The position numbers were made by a program, and so were the translations under genes. DNA of 64,000 nucleotides from Nemertoderma westbladi (lineage: Eukaryota; Animalia; Xenacoelomorpha). Below the pieces are notes generated by a model that was given only the letters and a program-made list of their open reading frames with translations, made no database searches and was not told where the DNA came from. Below, in pieces: positions 50,801 through 64,000 of the stretch (position 1 is its first letter; each line of letters begins with the position of its first letter). The stretch is from NCBI GenBank assembly GCA_032718475.1, contig JAUCBJ010004961.1:1-64000 (forward strand). The letters are read 5' to 3'.

Positions 50801-53800
50801 CGGTCTAAGGCACAGAGCAAATGGAAAACTCATTTCCCGACCCACGGTGTAAGCCGCAGAGCAAATGGAAAACTCATTTCCCCACCCACGGTCTAAGGCA
50901 CAGAGCAAATGGAAAACTCATTTCACCACCCACGGTGTAAGCCGCAGAGCAAATGGAAAACTAATTTCCCCACCCACGGTGTAAGGCACAGAGCAAATGG
51001 AAAACTCATTTCCCCACCCACGGTCTAAGGCACAGAGCAAATGGAAAACTCATTTCACCACCCACGGTGTAAGCCGCAGAGCAAATGGAAAACTCATTTC
51101 CCCACCCACGGTGTAAGGCACAGAGCAAATGGAAAACTCATTTCCCCACCCACGGTGTAAGGCACAGAGCAAATGGAAAACTCATTTCCCCACCCACGGT
51201 GTAAGCCGCAGAGCAAATGGAAAACTCATTTCCCCACCCACGGTGTAAGGCGCAGAGCAAATGGAAAACTCATTTCCCCACCCACGGTCTAAGGCACAGA
51301 GCAAATGGAAAACTAATTTCCCCACCCACGGTGTAAGGCACAGAGCAAATGGAAAACTCATTTCCCCACCCACGGTGTAAGGCACAGAGCAAATGGAAAA
51401 CTAATTTCCCCACCCACGGTGTAAGGCACAGAGCAAATGGAAAACTCATTTCCCCACCCACGGTCTAAGGCACAGAGCAAATGGAAAACTCATTTCCCGA
51501 CCCACGGTGTAAGCCGCAGAGCAAATGGAAAACTAATTTCCCCACCCACGGTGTAAGGCACAGAGCAAATGGAAAACTCATTTCCCCACCCACGGTGTAA
51601 GGCACAGAGCAAATGGAAAACTCATTTCCCCACCCACGGTGTAAGCCGCAGAGCAAATGGAAAACTCATTTCCCCACCCACGGTGTAAGGCACAGAGCAA
51701 ATGGAAAACTCATTTCCCCACCCACGGTGTAAGGCAGAGAGCAAATGGAAAACTCATTTCCCCACCCACGGTGTAAGGCAGAGAGCAAATGGAAAACTCA
51801 TTTCCCCACCCACGGTGTAAGCCGCAGAGCAAATGGAAAACTCATTTCCCCACCCACGGTGTAAGGCAGAGAGCAAATGGAAAACTCATTTCCCCACCCA
51901 CGGTGTAAGGCAGAGAGCAAATGGAAAACTCATTTCCCCACCCACGGTGTAAGGCAGAGAGCAAATGGAAAACTCATTTCCCCACCCACGGTGTAAGGCA
52001 GAGAGCAAATGGAAAACTCATTTCCCCACCCACGGTGTAAGGCACAGAGCAAATGGAAAACTCATTTCCCCACCCACGGTGTAAGCCGCAGAGCAAATGG
52101 AAAACTCATTTCCCCACCCACGGTGTAAGGCACAGAGCAAATGGAAAACTCATTTCCCCACCCACGGTGTAAGGCAGAGAGCAAATGGAAAACTCATTTC
52201 CCCACCCACGGTGTAAGCCGCAGAGCAAATGGAAAACTCATTTCCCCACCCACGGTGTAAGGCAGAGAGCAAATGGAAAACTCATTTCCCCACCCACGGT
52301 GTAAGGCAGAGAGCAAATGGAAAACTCATTTCCCCACCCACGGTGTAAGCCGCAGAGCAAATGGAAAACTCATTTCCCCACCCACGGTGTAAGGCAGAGA
52401 GCAAATGGAAAACTCATTTCCCCACCCACGGTGTAAGGCGCAGAGCAAATGGAAAACTCATTTCCCCACCCACGGTGTAAGGCAGAGAGCAAATGGAAAA
52501 CTCATTTCCCCACCCACGGTGTAAGGCAGAGAGCAAATGGAAAACTCATTTCCCCACCCACGGTGTAAGGCAGAGAGCAAATGGAAAACTCATTTCCCCA
52601 CCCACGGTGTAAGGCAGAGAGCAAATGGAAAACTCATTTCCCCACCCACGGTGTAAGGCAGAGAGCAAATGGAAAACTCATTTCCCCACCCACGGTGTAA
52701 GCCGCAGAGCAAATGGAAAACTCATTTCCCCACCCACGGTGTAAGGCAGAGAGTAAATGGAAAACTCATTTCCCCACCCACGGTGTAAGGCAGAGAGCAA
52801 ATGGAAAACTCATTTCCCCACCCACGGTGTAAGCCGCAGAGCAAATGGAAAACTCATTTCCCCACCCACGGTGTAAGGCAGAGAGCAAATGGAAAACTCA
52901 TTTCCCCACCCACGGTGTAAGGCAGAGAGCAAATGGAAAACTCATTTCCCCACCCACGGTGTAAGCCGCAGAGCAAATGGAAAACTCATTTCCCCACCCA
53001 CGGTGTAAGGCACAGAGCAAATGGAAAACTCATTTCCCACCCACGGTGTAAGGCACAGAGCAAATGGAAAACTCATTGCCCTACCCACGGTGTAAGGCAC
53101 AGAGCAAATGGAAAACTCATTTCCCCACCCACGGTGTAAGGCACAGAGCAAATGGAAAACTCATTTCCCCACCCACGGTGTAAGCCGCAGAGCAAATGGA
53201 AAACTCATTTCCCCACCCACGGTGTAAGGCACAGAGCAAATGGAAAACTAATTTCCCCACCCACGGTCTAAGGCACAGAGCAAATGGAAAACTCATTTCC
53301 CACCCACGGTGTAAGGCACAGAGCAAATGGAAAACTCATTTCCCCACCCACGGTGTAAGCCGCAGAGCAAATGGAAAACTCATTTCCCCACCCACGGTGT
53401 AAGGCACAGAGCAAATGGAAAACTAATTGCCCCACCCACGGTGTAAGGCGCAGAGCAAATGGAAAACTAATTTCCCCACCCACGGTGTAAGGCACAGAGC
53501 AAATGGAAAACTCATTTCCCACCCACGGTGTAAGGCACAGAGCAAATGGAAAACTAATTTCCCCACCCACGGTGTAAGGCGCAGAGCAAATGGAAAACTC
53601 ATTTCCCGACCCACGGTGTAAGGCACAGAGCAAATGGAAAACTCATTTCCCCACCCACGGTGTAAGGCACAGAGCAAATGGAAAACTCATTTCCCCACCC
53701 ACGGTGTAAGGCACAGAGCAAATGGAAAACTCATTTCCCCACCCACGGTGTAAGCCGCAGAGCAAATGGAAAACTCATTTCCCCACCCACGGTGTAAGGC

Positions 53801-56800
53801 AGAGAGCAAATGGAAAACTCATTTCCCCACCCACGGTGTAAGCCGCAGAGCAAATGGAAAACTCATTTCCCCACCCACGGTGTAAGGCACAGAGCAAATG
53901 GAAAACTCATTTCCCCACCCACGGTGTAAGGCAGAGAGCAAATGGAAAACTCATTTCCCCACCCACGGTGTAAGGCAGAGAGCAAATGGAAAACTCATTT
54001 CCCCACCCACGGTGTAAGCCGCAGAGCAAATGGAAAACTCATTTCCCCACCCACGGTGTAAGGCAGAGAGCAAATGGAAAACTCATTTCCCCACCCACGG
54101 TGTAAGGCAGAGAGCAAATGGAAAACTCATTTCCCCACCCACGGTGTAAGGCAGAGAGCAAATGGAAAACTCATTTCCCCACCCACGGTGTAAGCCGCAG
54201 AGCAAATGGAAAACTCATTTCCCCACCCACGGTGTAAGGCAGAGAGCAAATGGAAAACTCATTTCCCCACCCACGGTGTAAGGCAGAGAGCAAATGGAAA
54301 ACTCATTTCCCCACCCACGGTGTAAGCCGCAGAGCAAATGGAAAACTCATTTCCCACCCACGGTGTAAGGCACAGAGCAAATGGAAAACTCATTGCCCTA
54401 CCCACGGTGTAAGGCACAGAGCAAATGGAAAACTCATTTCCCCACCCACGGTGTAAGGCACAGAGCAAATGGAAAACTCATTTCCCCACCCACGGTGTAA
54501 GCCGCAGAGCAAATGGAAAACTCATTTCCCCACCCACGGTGTAAGGCACAGAGCAAATGGAAAACTCATTTCCCACCCACGGTGTAAGGCACAGAGCAAA
54601 TGGAAAACTCATTTCCCCACCCACGGTGTAAGGCACAGAGCAAATGGAAAACTCATTTCCCCACCCACGGTGTAAGCCGCAGAGCAAAAGGAAAACTCAT
54701 TTCACCACCCACGGTGTAAGCCGCAGAGCAAATGGAAAACTCATTTCCCCACCCACGGTGTAAGGCACAGAGCAAATGGAAAACTAATTTCCCCACCCAC
54801 GGTGTAAGCCGCAGAGCAAATGGAAAACTCATTTCCCCACCCACGGTCTAAGGCACAGAGCAAATGGAAAACTCATTTCCCCACCCACGGTGTAAGCCGC
54901 AGAGCAAATGGAAAACTCATTTCCCCACCCACGGTGTAAGCCGCAGAGCAAAAGGAAAACTCATTTCACCACCCACGGTGTAAGCCGCAGAGCAAATGGA
55001 AAACTCATTTCCCCACCCACGGTGTAAGCCGCAGAGCAAAAGGAAAACTCATTTCACCACCCACGGTGTAAGCCGCAGAGCAAATGGAAAACTCATTTCC
55101 CCACCCACGGTGTAAGGCACAGAGCAAATGGAAAACTCATTTCCTCACCCATGGTGTAAGGCAGAGAGCAAATGGAAAACTCATTTCACCACCCACGGTG
55201 TAAGCCGCAGAGCAAATGGAAAACTCATTTCCCCACCCACGGTGTAAGCCGCAGAGCAAAAGGAAAACTCATTTCACCACCCACGGTGTAAGCCACAGAG
55301 CAAAAGGAAAACTCATTTCCCACCCACGGTGTAAGGCACAGAGCAAATGGAAAACTCATTTCCCCACCCACGGTGTAAGGCACAGAGCAAATGGAAAACT
55401 CATTTCCCCACCCACGGTGTAAGGCACAGAGCAAATGGAAAACTCATTTCCCCACCCACGGTGTAAGGCACAGAGCAAATGGAAAACTCATTTCCCCACC
55501 CACGGTGTAAGCCGCAGAGCAAATGGAAAACTCATTTCCCCACCCACGGTGTAAGGCACAGAGCAAATGGAAAACTCATTTCCCACCCACGGTGTAAGGC
55601 ACAGAGCAAATGGAAAACTCATTTCCCCACCCACGGTGTAAGGCACAGAGCAAATGGAAAACTCATTTCCCCACCCACGGTGTAAGCCGCAGAGCAAAAG
55701 GAAAACTCATTTCACCACCCACGGTGTAAGCCGCAGAGCAAATGGAAAACTCATTTCCCCACCCACGGTGTAAGGCACAGAGCAAATGGAAAACTAATTT
55801 CCCCACCCACGGTGTAAGCCGCAGAGCAAATGGAAAACTCATTTCCCCACCCACGGTCTAAGGCACAGAGCAAATGGAAAACTCATTTCCCCACCCACGG
55901 TGTAAGCCGCAGAGCAAATGGAAAACTCATTTCCCCACCCACGGTGTAAGCCGCAGAGCAAAAGGAAAACTCATTTCACCACCCACGGTGTAAGCCGCAG
56001 AGCAAATGGAAAACTCATTTCCCCACCCACGGTGTAAGCCGCAGAGCAAAAGGAAAACTCATTTCACCACCCACGGTGTAAGCCGCAGAGCAAATGGAAA
56101 ACTCATTTCCCCACCCACGGTGTAAGGCACAGAGCAAATGGAAAACTCATTTCCTCACCCATGGTGTAAGGCAGAGAGCAAATGGAAAACTCATTTCACC
56201 ACCCACGGTGTAAGCCGCAGAGCAAATGGAAAACTCATTTCCCCACCCACGGTGTAAGCCGCAGAGCAAAAGGAAAACTCATTTCACCACCCACGGTGTA
56301 AGCCGCAGAGCAAATGGAAAACTCATTTCCCCACCCACGGTGTAAGGCACAGAGCAAATGGAAAACTCATTTCCCCACCCACGGTGTAAGGCACAGAGCA
56401 AATGGAAAACTAATTTCCCCACCCACGGTGTAAGGCACAGAGCAAATGGAAAACTCATTTCCTCACCCACGGTGTAAGGCACAGAGCAAATGGAAAACTA
56501 ATTTCACCACCCACGGTGTAAGCCGCAGAGCAAATGGAAAACTCATTTCCCCACCCACGGTGTAAGGCGCAGAGCAAATGGAAAACTCATTTCCCGACCC
56601 ACGGTGTAAGGCACAGAGCAAATGGAAAACTCATTTCCCCACCCACGGTGTAAGGCACAGAGCAAATGGAAAACTCATTTCCCCACCCACGGTGTAAGGC
56701 ACAGAGCAAATGGAAAACTCATTTCCCCACCCACGGTGTAAGCCGCAGAGCAAATGGAAAACTCATTTCCCACCCACGGTGTAAGGCACAGAGCAAATGG

Positions 56801-59800
56801 AAAACTCATTGCCCTACCCACGGTGTAAGGCACAGAGCAAATGGAAAACTAATTTCCCCACCCACGGTGTAAGGCACAGAGCAAATGGAAAACTCATTTC
56901 CCCACCCACGGTGTAAGGCACAGAGCAAATGGAAAACTCATTTCCCACCCACGGTGTAAGGCACAGAGCAAATGGAAAACTCATTTCACCACCCACGGTG
57001 TAAGGCACAGAGCAAATGGAAAACTCATTTCGCGACCCACGGTGTAAGGCGCAGAGCAAAAGGAAAACTCATTTCCCACCCACGGTGTAAGGCACAGAGC
57101 AAATGGAAAACTCATTTCCCGACCCACGGTGTAAGGCGCAGAGCAAAAGGAAAACTCATTTCCCACCCACGGTGTAAGGCACAGAGCAAATGGAAAACTC
57201 ATTTCCCACCCACGGTGTAAGGCACAGAGCAAATGGAAAACTCATTTCCCGACCCACGGTGTAAGGCACAGAGCAAATGGAAAACTCATTTCCCGACCCA
57301 CGGTGTAAGGCGCAGAGCAAAAGGAAAACTCATTTCCCACCCACGGTGTAAGGCACAGAGCAAATGGAAAACTCATTTCCCACCCACGGTGTAAGGCACA
57401 GAGCAAATGGAAAACTCATTTCCCCACCCACGGTGTAAGGCACAGAGCAAATGGAAAACTCATTTCCCGACCCACGGTGTAAGGCGCAGAGCAAAAGGAA
57501 AACTCATTTCCCACCCACGGTGTAAGGCACAGAGCAAATGGAAAACTCATTTCCCGACCCACGGTGTAAGGCGCAGAGCAAAAGGAAAACTCATTTCCCA
57601 CCCACGGTGTAAGGCACAGAGCAAATGGAAAACTCATTTCCCACCCACGGTGTAAGGCACAGAGCAAATGGAAAACTCATTTCCCGACCCACGGTGTAAG
57701 GCGCAGAGCAAAAGGAAAACTCATTTCCCACCCACGGTGTAAGGCACAGAGCAAATGGAAAACTCATTTCCCGACCCACGGTGTAAGGCGCAGAGCAAAA
57801 GGAAAACTCATTTCCCACCCACGGTGTAAGGCACAGAGCAAATGGAAAACTCATTTCCCACCCACGGTGTAAGGCACAGAGCAAATGGAAAACTCATTTC
57901 CCACCCACGGTCTAAGGCACAGAGCAAATGGAAAACTCATTTCCCCACCCACGGTCTAAGGCACAGAGCAAATGGAAAACTCATTTCCCCACCCACGGTC
58001 TAAGGCACAGAGCAAATGGAAAACTCATTTCCCCACCCACGGTCTAAGGCACAGAGCAAATGGAAAACTCATTTCCCACCCACGGTGTAAGGCACAGAGC
58101 AAATGGAAAACTCATTTCCCACCCACGGTGTAAGGCACAGAGCAAATGGAAAACTCATTTCCCACCCACGGTGTAAGGCACAGAGCAAATGGAAAACTCA
58201 TTTCCCACCCACGGTGTAAGGCACAGAGCAAATGGAAAACTCATTTCCCCACCCACGGTCTAAGGCACAGAGCAAATGGAAAACTCATTTCCCCACCCAC
58301 GGTCTAAGGCACAGAGCAAATGGAAAACTCATTTCCCCACCCACGGTCTAAGGCACAGAGCAAATGGAAAACTCATTTCCCCACCCACGGTCTAAGGCAC
58401 AGAGCAAATGGAAAACTCATTTCCCCACCCACGGTCTAAGGCACAGAGCAAATGGAAAACTCATTTCCCACCCACGGTGTAAGGCACAGAGCAAATGGAA
58501 AACTCATTTCCCCACCCACGGTGTAAGGCACAGAGCAAATGGAAAACTCATTTCCCCACCCATGGTGTAAGGCACAGAACAAATGGAAAACTCATTTCCC
58601 CACCCACGGTGTAAGGCGCAGAAGCAAATGGAAAACTCATTGCCCTACCCACGGTGTAAGGCACAGAGCAAATGGAAAACTCATTTCCCCACCCACGGTG
58701 TAAGGCACAGAGCAAATGGAAAACTCATTTCCCCACCCATGGTGTAAGGCACAGAACAAATGGAAAACTCATTTCCCCACCCACGGTGTAAGGCGCAGAA
58801 GCAAATGGAAAACTCATTGCCCTACCCACGGTGTAAGGCACAGAGCAAATGGAAAACTCATTTCCCCACCCACGGTGTAAGGCACAGAGCAAATGGAAAA
58901 CTCATTTCCCCACCCACGGTGTAAGCCGCAGAGCAAATGGAAAACTCATTTCCCCACCCACGGTCTAAGGCACAGAGCAAATGGAAAACTAATTGCCCCA
59001 CCCACGGTGTAAGGCACAGAGCAAATGGAAAACTCATTTCCCCACCCACGGTGTAAGGCACAGAGCAAATGGAAAACTCATTTCCCCACCCACGGTGTAA
59101 GGCACAGAGCAAATGGAAAACTCATTTCCCCACCCACGGTGTAAGGCACAGAGCAAATGGAAAACTAATTTCCCCACCCACGGTGTAAGGCACAGAGCAA
59201 ATGGAAAACTAATTGCCCCACCCACGGTCTAAGGCACAGAGCAAATGGAAAACTCATTTCCCCACCCACGGTGTAAGGCACAGAGCAAATGGAAAACTCA
59301 TTTCCCCACCCACGGTGTAAGGCACAGAGCAAATGGAAAACTCATTTCCCCACCCACGGTGTAAGGCACAGAGCAAATGGAAAACTCATTTCCCCACCCA
59401 CGGTGTAAGGCACAGAGCAAATGGAAAACTCATTTCCCCACCCACGGTGTAAGGCACAGAGCAAATGGAAAACTCATTTCCCCACCCACGGTGTAAGCCG
59501 CAGAGCAAATGGAAAACTCATTTCCCCACCCACGGTGTAAGGCGCAGAGCAAAAGGAAAACTCATTTCCCCACCCACGGTGTAAGGCGCAGAGCAAAAGG
59601 AAAACTCATTTCCCCACCCACGGGGTAAGGCACAGAGCAAATGGAAAACTCATTTCCCCACCCACGGTGTAAGGCGCAGAGCAAAAGGAAAACTCATTTC
59701 CCCACCCACGGTGTAAGGCGCAGAGCAAAAGGAAAACTCATTTCCCCACCCACGGTGTAAGGCGCAGAGCAAAAGGAAAACTCATTTACCCACCCACGGT

Positions 59801-62800
59801 GTAAGGCGCAGAGCAAAAGGAAAACTCATTTCCCCACCCACGGTGTAAGGCACAGAGCAAATGGAAAACTCATTTCCCCACCCACGGTGTAAGGCACAGA
59901 GCAAATGGAAAACTCATTTCCCACCCACGGTCTAAGGCACAGAGCAAATGGAAAACTCATTTCCCCACCCACGGTGTAAGGCGCAGAGCAAAAGGAAAAC
60001 TCATTTACCCACCCACGGTGTAAGGCGCAGAGCAAAAGGAAAACTCATTTCCCCACCCACGGTGTAAGGCACAGAGCAAATGGAAAACTAATTTCCCCAC
60101 CCACGGTGTAAGCCGCAGAGCAAATGGAAAACTTATTTCCCCACCCACGGTGTAAGGCACAGAGCAAATGGAAAACTCATTTCCCCACCCACGGTGTAAG
60201 GCACAGAGCAAATGGAAAACTCATTTCCCACCCACGGTGTAAGGCACAGAGCAAATGGAAAACTCATTTCCCCACCCACGGTGTAAGGCGCAGAGCAAAA
60301 GGAAAACTCATTTCCCCACCCACGGTGTAAGGCGCAGAGCAAAAGGAAAACTCATTTCCCCACCCACGGTGTAAGGCACAGAGCAAATGGAAAACTAATT
60401 TCCCCACCCACGGTGTAAGGCAGAGAGCAAATGGAAAACTCATTTCCCCACCCACGGTGTGAGGCACAGAACAGAGCAAATGGAAAACTAATTTCCCCAC
60501 CCACGGTGTAAGGCACAGAGCAAATGGAAAACTCATTTCCCCACCCACGGTGTAAGGCGCAGAGCAAAAGGAAAACTCATTTCCCCACCCACGGTGTAAG
60601 GCACAGAGTAAATGGAAAACTCATTTCACCACCCACGGTGTAAGCCGCAGAGCAAATGGAAAACTCATTTCCCCACCCACGGTGTAAGGCGCAGAGCAAA
60701 AGGAAAACTCATTTCCCCACCCACGGTGTAAGGCACAGAGCAAATGGAAAACTAATTTCCCCACCCACGGTGTAAGGCACAGAGTAAATGGAAAACTCAT
60801 TTCACCACCCACGGTGTAAGCCGCAGAGCAAATGGAAAACTCATTTCCCCACCCACGGTGTAAGGCGCAGAGCAAAAGGAAAACTCATTTCCCCACCCAC
60901 GGTGTAAGGCACAGAGCAAATGGAAAACTCATTTCCCCACCCACGGTGTAAGGCACAGAGCAAATGGAAAACTCATTTCACCACCCACGGTGTAAGCCGC
61001 AGAGCAAATGGAAAACTCATTTCCCCACCCACGGTGTAAGGCGCAGAGCAAATGGAAAACTCATTTCCCCACCCACGGTCTAAGGCACAGAGCAAATGGA
61101 AAACTAATTGCCCCACCCACGGTGTAAGGCGCAGAGCAAAAGGAAAACTCATTTCCCCACCCACGGTGTAAGGCACAGAGCAAATGGAAAACTAATTTCC
61201 CCACCCACGGTGTAAGGCACAGAGCAAATGGAAAACTCATTTCCCGACCCACGGTGTAAGGCGCAGAGCAAAAGGAAAACTCATTTCCCACCCACGGTGT
61301 AAGGCACAGAGCAAATGGAAAACTAATTGCCCCACCCACGGTGTAAGGCACAGAGCAAATGGAAAACTCATTTCCCCACCCACGGTGTAAGCCGCAGAGC
61401 AAATGGAAAACTCATTTCCCCACCCACGGTCTAAGGCACAGAGCAAATGGAAAACTAATTTCCCGACCCACGGTGTAAGGCAGAGAGCAAATGGAAAACT
61501 AATTTCCCCACCCACGGTGTAAGGCACAGAGCAAATGGAAAACTCATTTCCCGACCCACGGTGTAAGGCACAGAGCAAATGGAAAACTAATTTCCCCACC
61601 CACGGTGTAAGGCACAGAGCAAATGGAAAACTCATTTCCCGACCCACGGTGTAAGGCACAGAGCAAATGGAAAACTCATTTCCCCACCCACGGTGTAAGG
61701 CACAGAGCAAATGGAAAACTCATTTCCCGACCCACGGTGTAAGGCGCAGAGCAAAAGGAAAACTCATTTCCCACCCACGGTCTAAGGCGCAGAGCAAATG
61801 GAAAACTCATTTCCCGACCCACGGTGTAAGGCACAGAGCAAATGGAAAACTCATTTCCCCACCCACGGTGTAAGGCACAGAGCAAATGGAAAACTCATTT
61901 CCCGACCCACGGTGTAAGGCACAGAGCAAATGGAAAACTCATTTCCCGACCCACGGTGTAAGGCACAGAGCAAATGGAAAACTCATTTCCCGACCCACGG
62001 TGTAAGGCACAGAGCAAATGGAAAACTCATTTCCCCACCCACGGTGTAAGGCACAGAGCAAATGGAAAACTAATTTCCCCACCCACGGTGTAAGGCACAG
62101 AGCAAATGGAAAACTCATTTCCCGACCCACGGTGTAAGGCACAGAGCAAATGGAAAACTCATTTCCCCACCCACGGTGTAAGGCACAGAGCAAATGGAAA
62201 ACTCATTTCCCGACCCACGGTGTAAGGCGCAGAGCAAATGGAAAACTCATTTCCCCACCCACGGTGTAAGGCACAGAGCAAATGGAAAACTAATTGCCCC
62301 ACCCACGGTGTAAGGCACAGAGCAAATGGAAAACTCATTTCCCGACCCACGGTGTAAGGCGCAGAGCAAAAGGAAAACTCATTTCCCACCCACGGTGTAA
62401 GGCACAGAGCAAATGGAAAACTAATTTCCCCACCCACGGTGTAAGGCACAGAGCAAATGGAAAACTAATTTCCCCACCCACGGTGTAAGGCACAGAGCAA
62501 ATGGAAAACTCATTTCCCCACCCACGGTGTAAGGCACAGAGCAAATGGAAAACTCATTTCCCGACCCACGGTGTAAGGCGCAGAGCAAATGGAAAACTCA
62601 TTTCCCCACCCACGGTGTAAGGCACAGAGCAAATGGAAAACTAATTGCCACACCCACGGTGTAAGGCACAGAGCAAATGGAAAACTCATTTCCCGACCCA
62701 CGGTGTAAGGCGCAGAGCAAAAGGAAAACTCATTTCCCACCCACGGTGTAAGGCACAGAGCAAATGGAAAACTAATTTCCCCACCCACGGTGTAAGGCAC

Positions 62801-64000
62801 AGAGCAAATGGAAAACTAATTTCCCCACCCACGGTGTAAGGCACAGAGCAAATGGAAAACTCATTTCCCCACCCACGGTGTAAGGCGCAGAGCAAATGGA
62901 AAACTCATTTCACCACCCACGGTGTAAGGCACAGAGCAAATGGAAAACTAATTGCCCCACCCACGGTGTAAGGCACAGAGCAAATGGAAAACTCATTTCC
63001 CGACCCACGGTGTAAGGCGCAGAGCAAAAGGAAAACTCATTTCCCACCCACGGTGTAAGGCACAGAGCAAATGGAAAACTAATTTCCCCACCCACGGTGT
63101 AAGGCACAGAGCAAAAGGAAAACTCATTTCCCACCCACGGTGTAAGGCACAGAGCAAATGGAAAACTAATTTCCCCACCCACGGTGTAAGGCACAGAGCA
63201 AATGGAAAACTCATTTCACCACCCACGGTGTAAGCCGCAGAGCAAATGGAAAACTCATTTCCCCACCCACGGTGTAAGGCACAGAGCAAATGGAAAACTC
63301 ATTTCCCCACCCACGGTGTAAGGCACAGAGCAAATGGAAAACTCATTTCCCCACCCACGGTGTAAGGCACAGAGCAAATGGAAAACTCATTTCCCCACCC
63401 ACGGTGTAAGGCACAGAGCAAATGGAAAACTCATTTCCCCACCCACGGTGTAAGGCACAGAGCAAATGGAAAACTCATTTCCCCACCCACGGTGTAAGCC
63501 GCAGAGCAAATGGAAAACTCATTTCCCCACCCACGGTGTAAGGCGCAGAGCAAAAGGAAAACTCATTTCCCCACCCACGGTGTAAGGCGCAGAGCAAAAG
63601 GAAAACTCATTTCCCCACCCACGGTGTAAGGCGCAGAGCAAAAGGAAAACTCATTTCCCCACCCACGGTGTAAGGCGCAGAGCAAAAGGAAAACTCATTT
63701 CCCCACCCACGGTGTAAGGCAGAGAGCAAATGGAAAACTCATTTCCCCACCCACGGTGTAAGGCACAGAGCAAATGGAAAACTCATTTCCCCACCCACGG
63801 TGTAAGGCACAGAGCAAATGGAAAACTCATTTCACCACCCACGGTGTAAGCCGCAGAGCAAATGGAAAACTCATTTCCCCACCCACGGTGTAAGGCGCAG
63901 AGCAAAAGGAAAACTCATTTCCCCACCCACGGTGTAAGGCACAGAGCAAATGGAAAACTAATTGCCCCACCCACGGTGTAAGGCAGAGAGCAAATGGAAA
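35889..64000. repeat. 44-bp satellite array, segment 3 (~640 monomers, continues beyond window)
   Basis: Same monomer and orientation to the window end. Confidence 0.99.

Noticed and set aside
7031-64000. Hundreds of ORFs such as MLCALHRGWGNEFSICSVPYTVGG / MENSFPHPRCK
   Set aside because: They are translations of the 44-bp repeat: the period is not a multiple of 3, stops recur, and they mostly begin at alternative starts. Not genes.
7031-64000. CRISPR-like array
   Set aside because: Monomers are directly head-to-tail with no unique spacers, there are no cas genes, and the context is eukaryotic transposons.

Overview
Eukaryotic (probably invertebrate animal) repeat-dominated DNA with no host gene. 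It looks like the edge of a heterochromatic, possibly pericentromeric, satellite block. From left to right: (1) ~1.2 kb ending in a piggyBac-like terminus (..AAGGG|TTAA); (2) a 4-kb, 55-bp AT-rich satellite of ~72 copies; (3) ~1.8 kb of microsatellite, minisatellites and hairpins; (4) from 7031 to the window end, a 44-bp satellite (consensus CCCACGGTGTAAGGCACAGAGCAAATGGAAAACTCATTTCCCCA, roughly 1200 head-to-tail copies). The 44-bp array is interrupted twice. The first interruption is a 2.95-kb non-autonomous hAT-type element (15-bp TIR, 8-bp TSD) carrying a nested, internally deleted piggyBac (TTAA TSD, transposase remnant). The second is a 5'-truncated RTE-clade LINE whose 333-codon reverse transcriptase fragment has no stops. 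The array shows local variant domains and nested duplications from 176 bp to ~3.7 kb. Nearly all ORF-track entries are artefacts of translating the satellite. I cannot demonstrate a new protein-coding system. The best leads are the possible transposon-end origin of the 44-bp satellite, its possible centromeric role, and the nested insertions.
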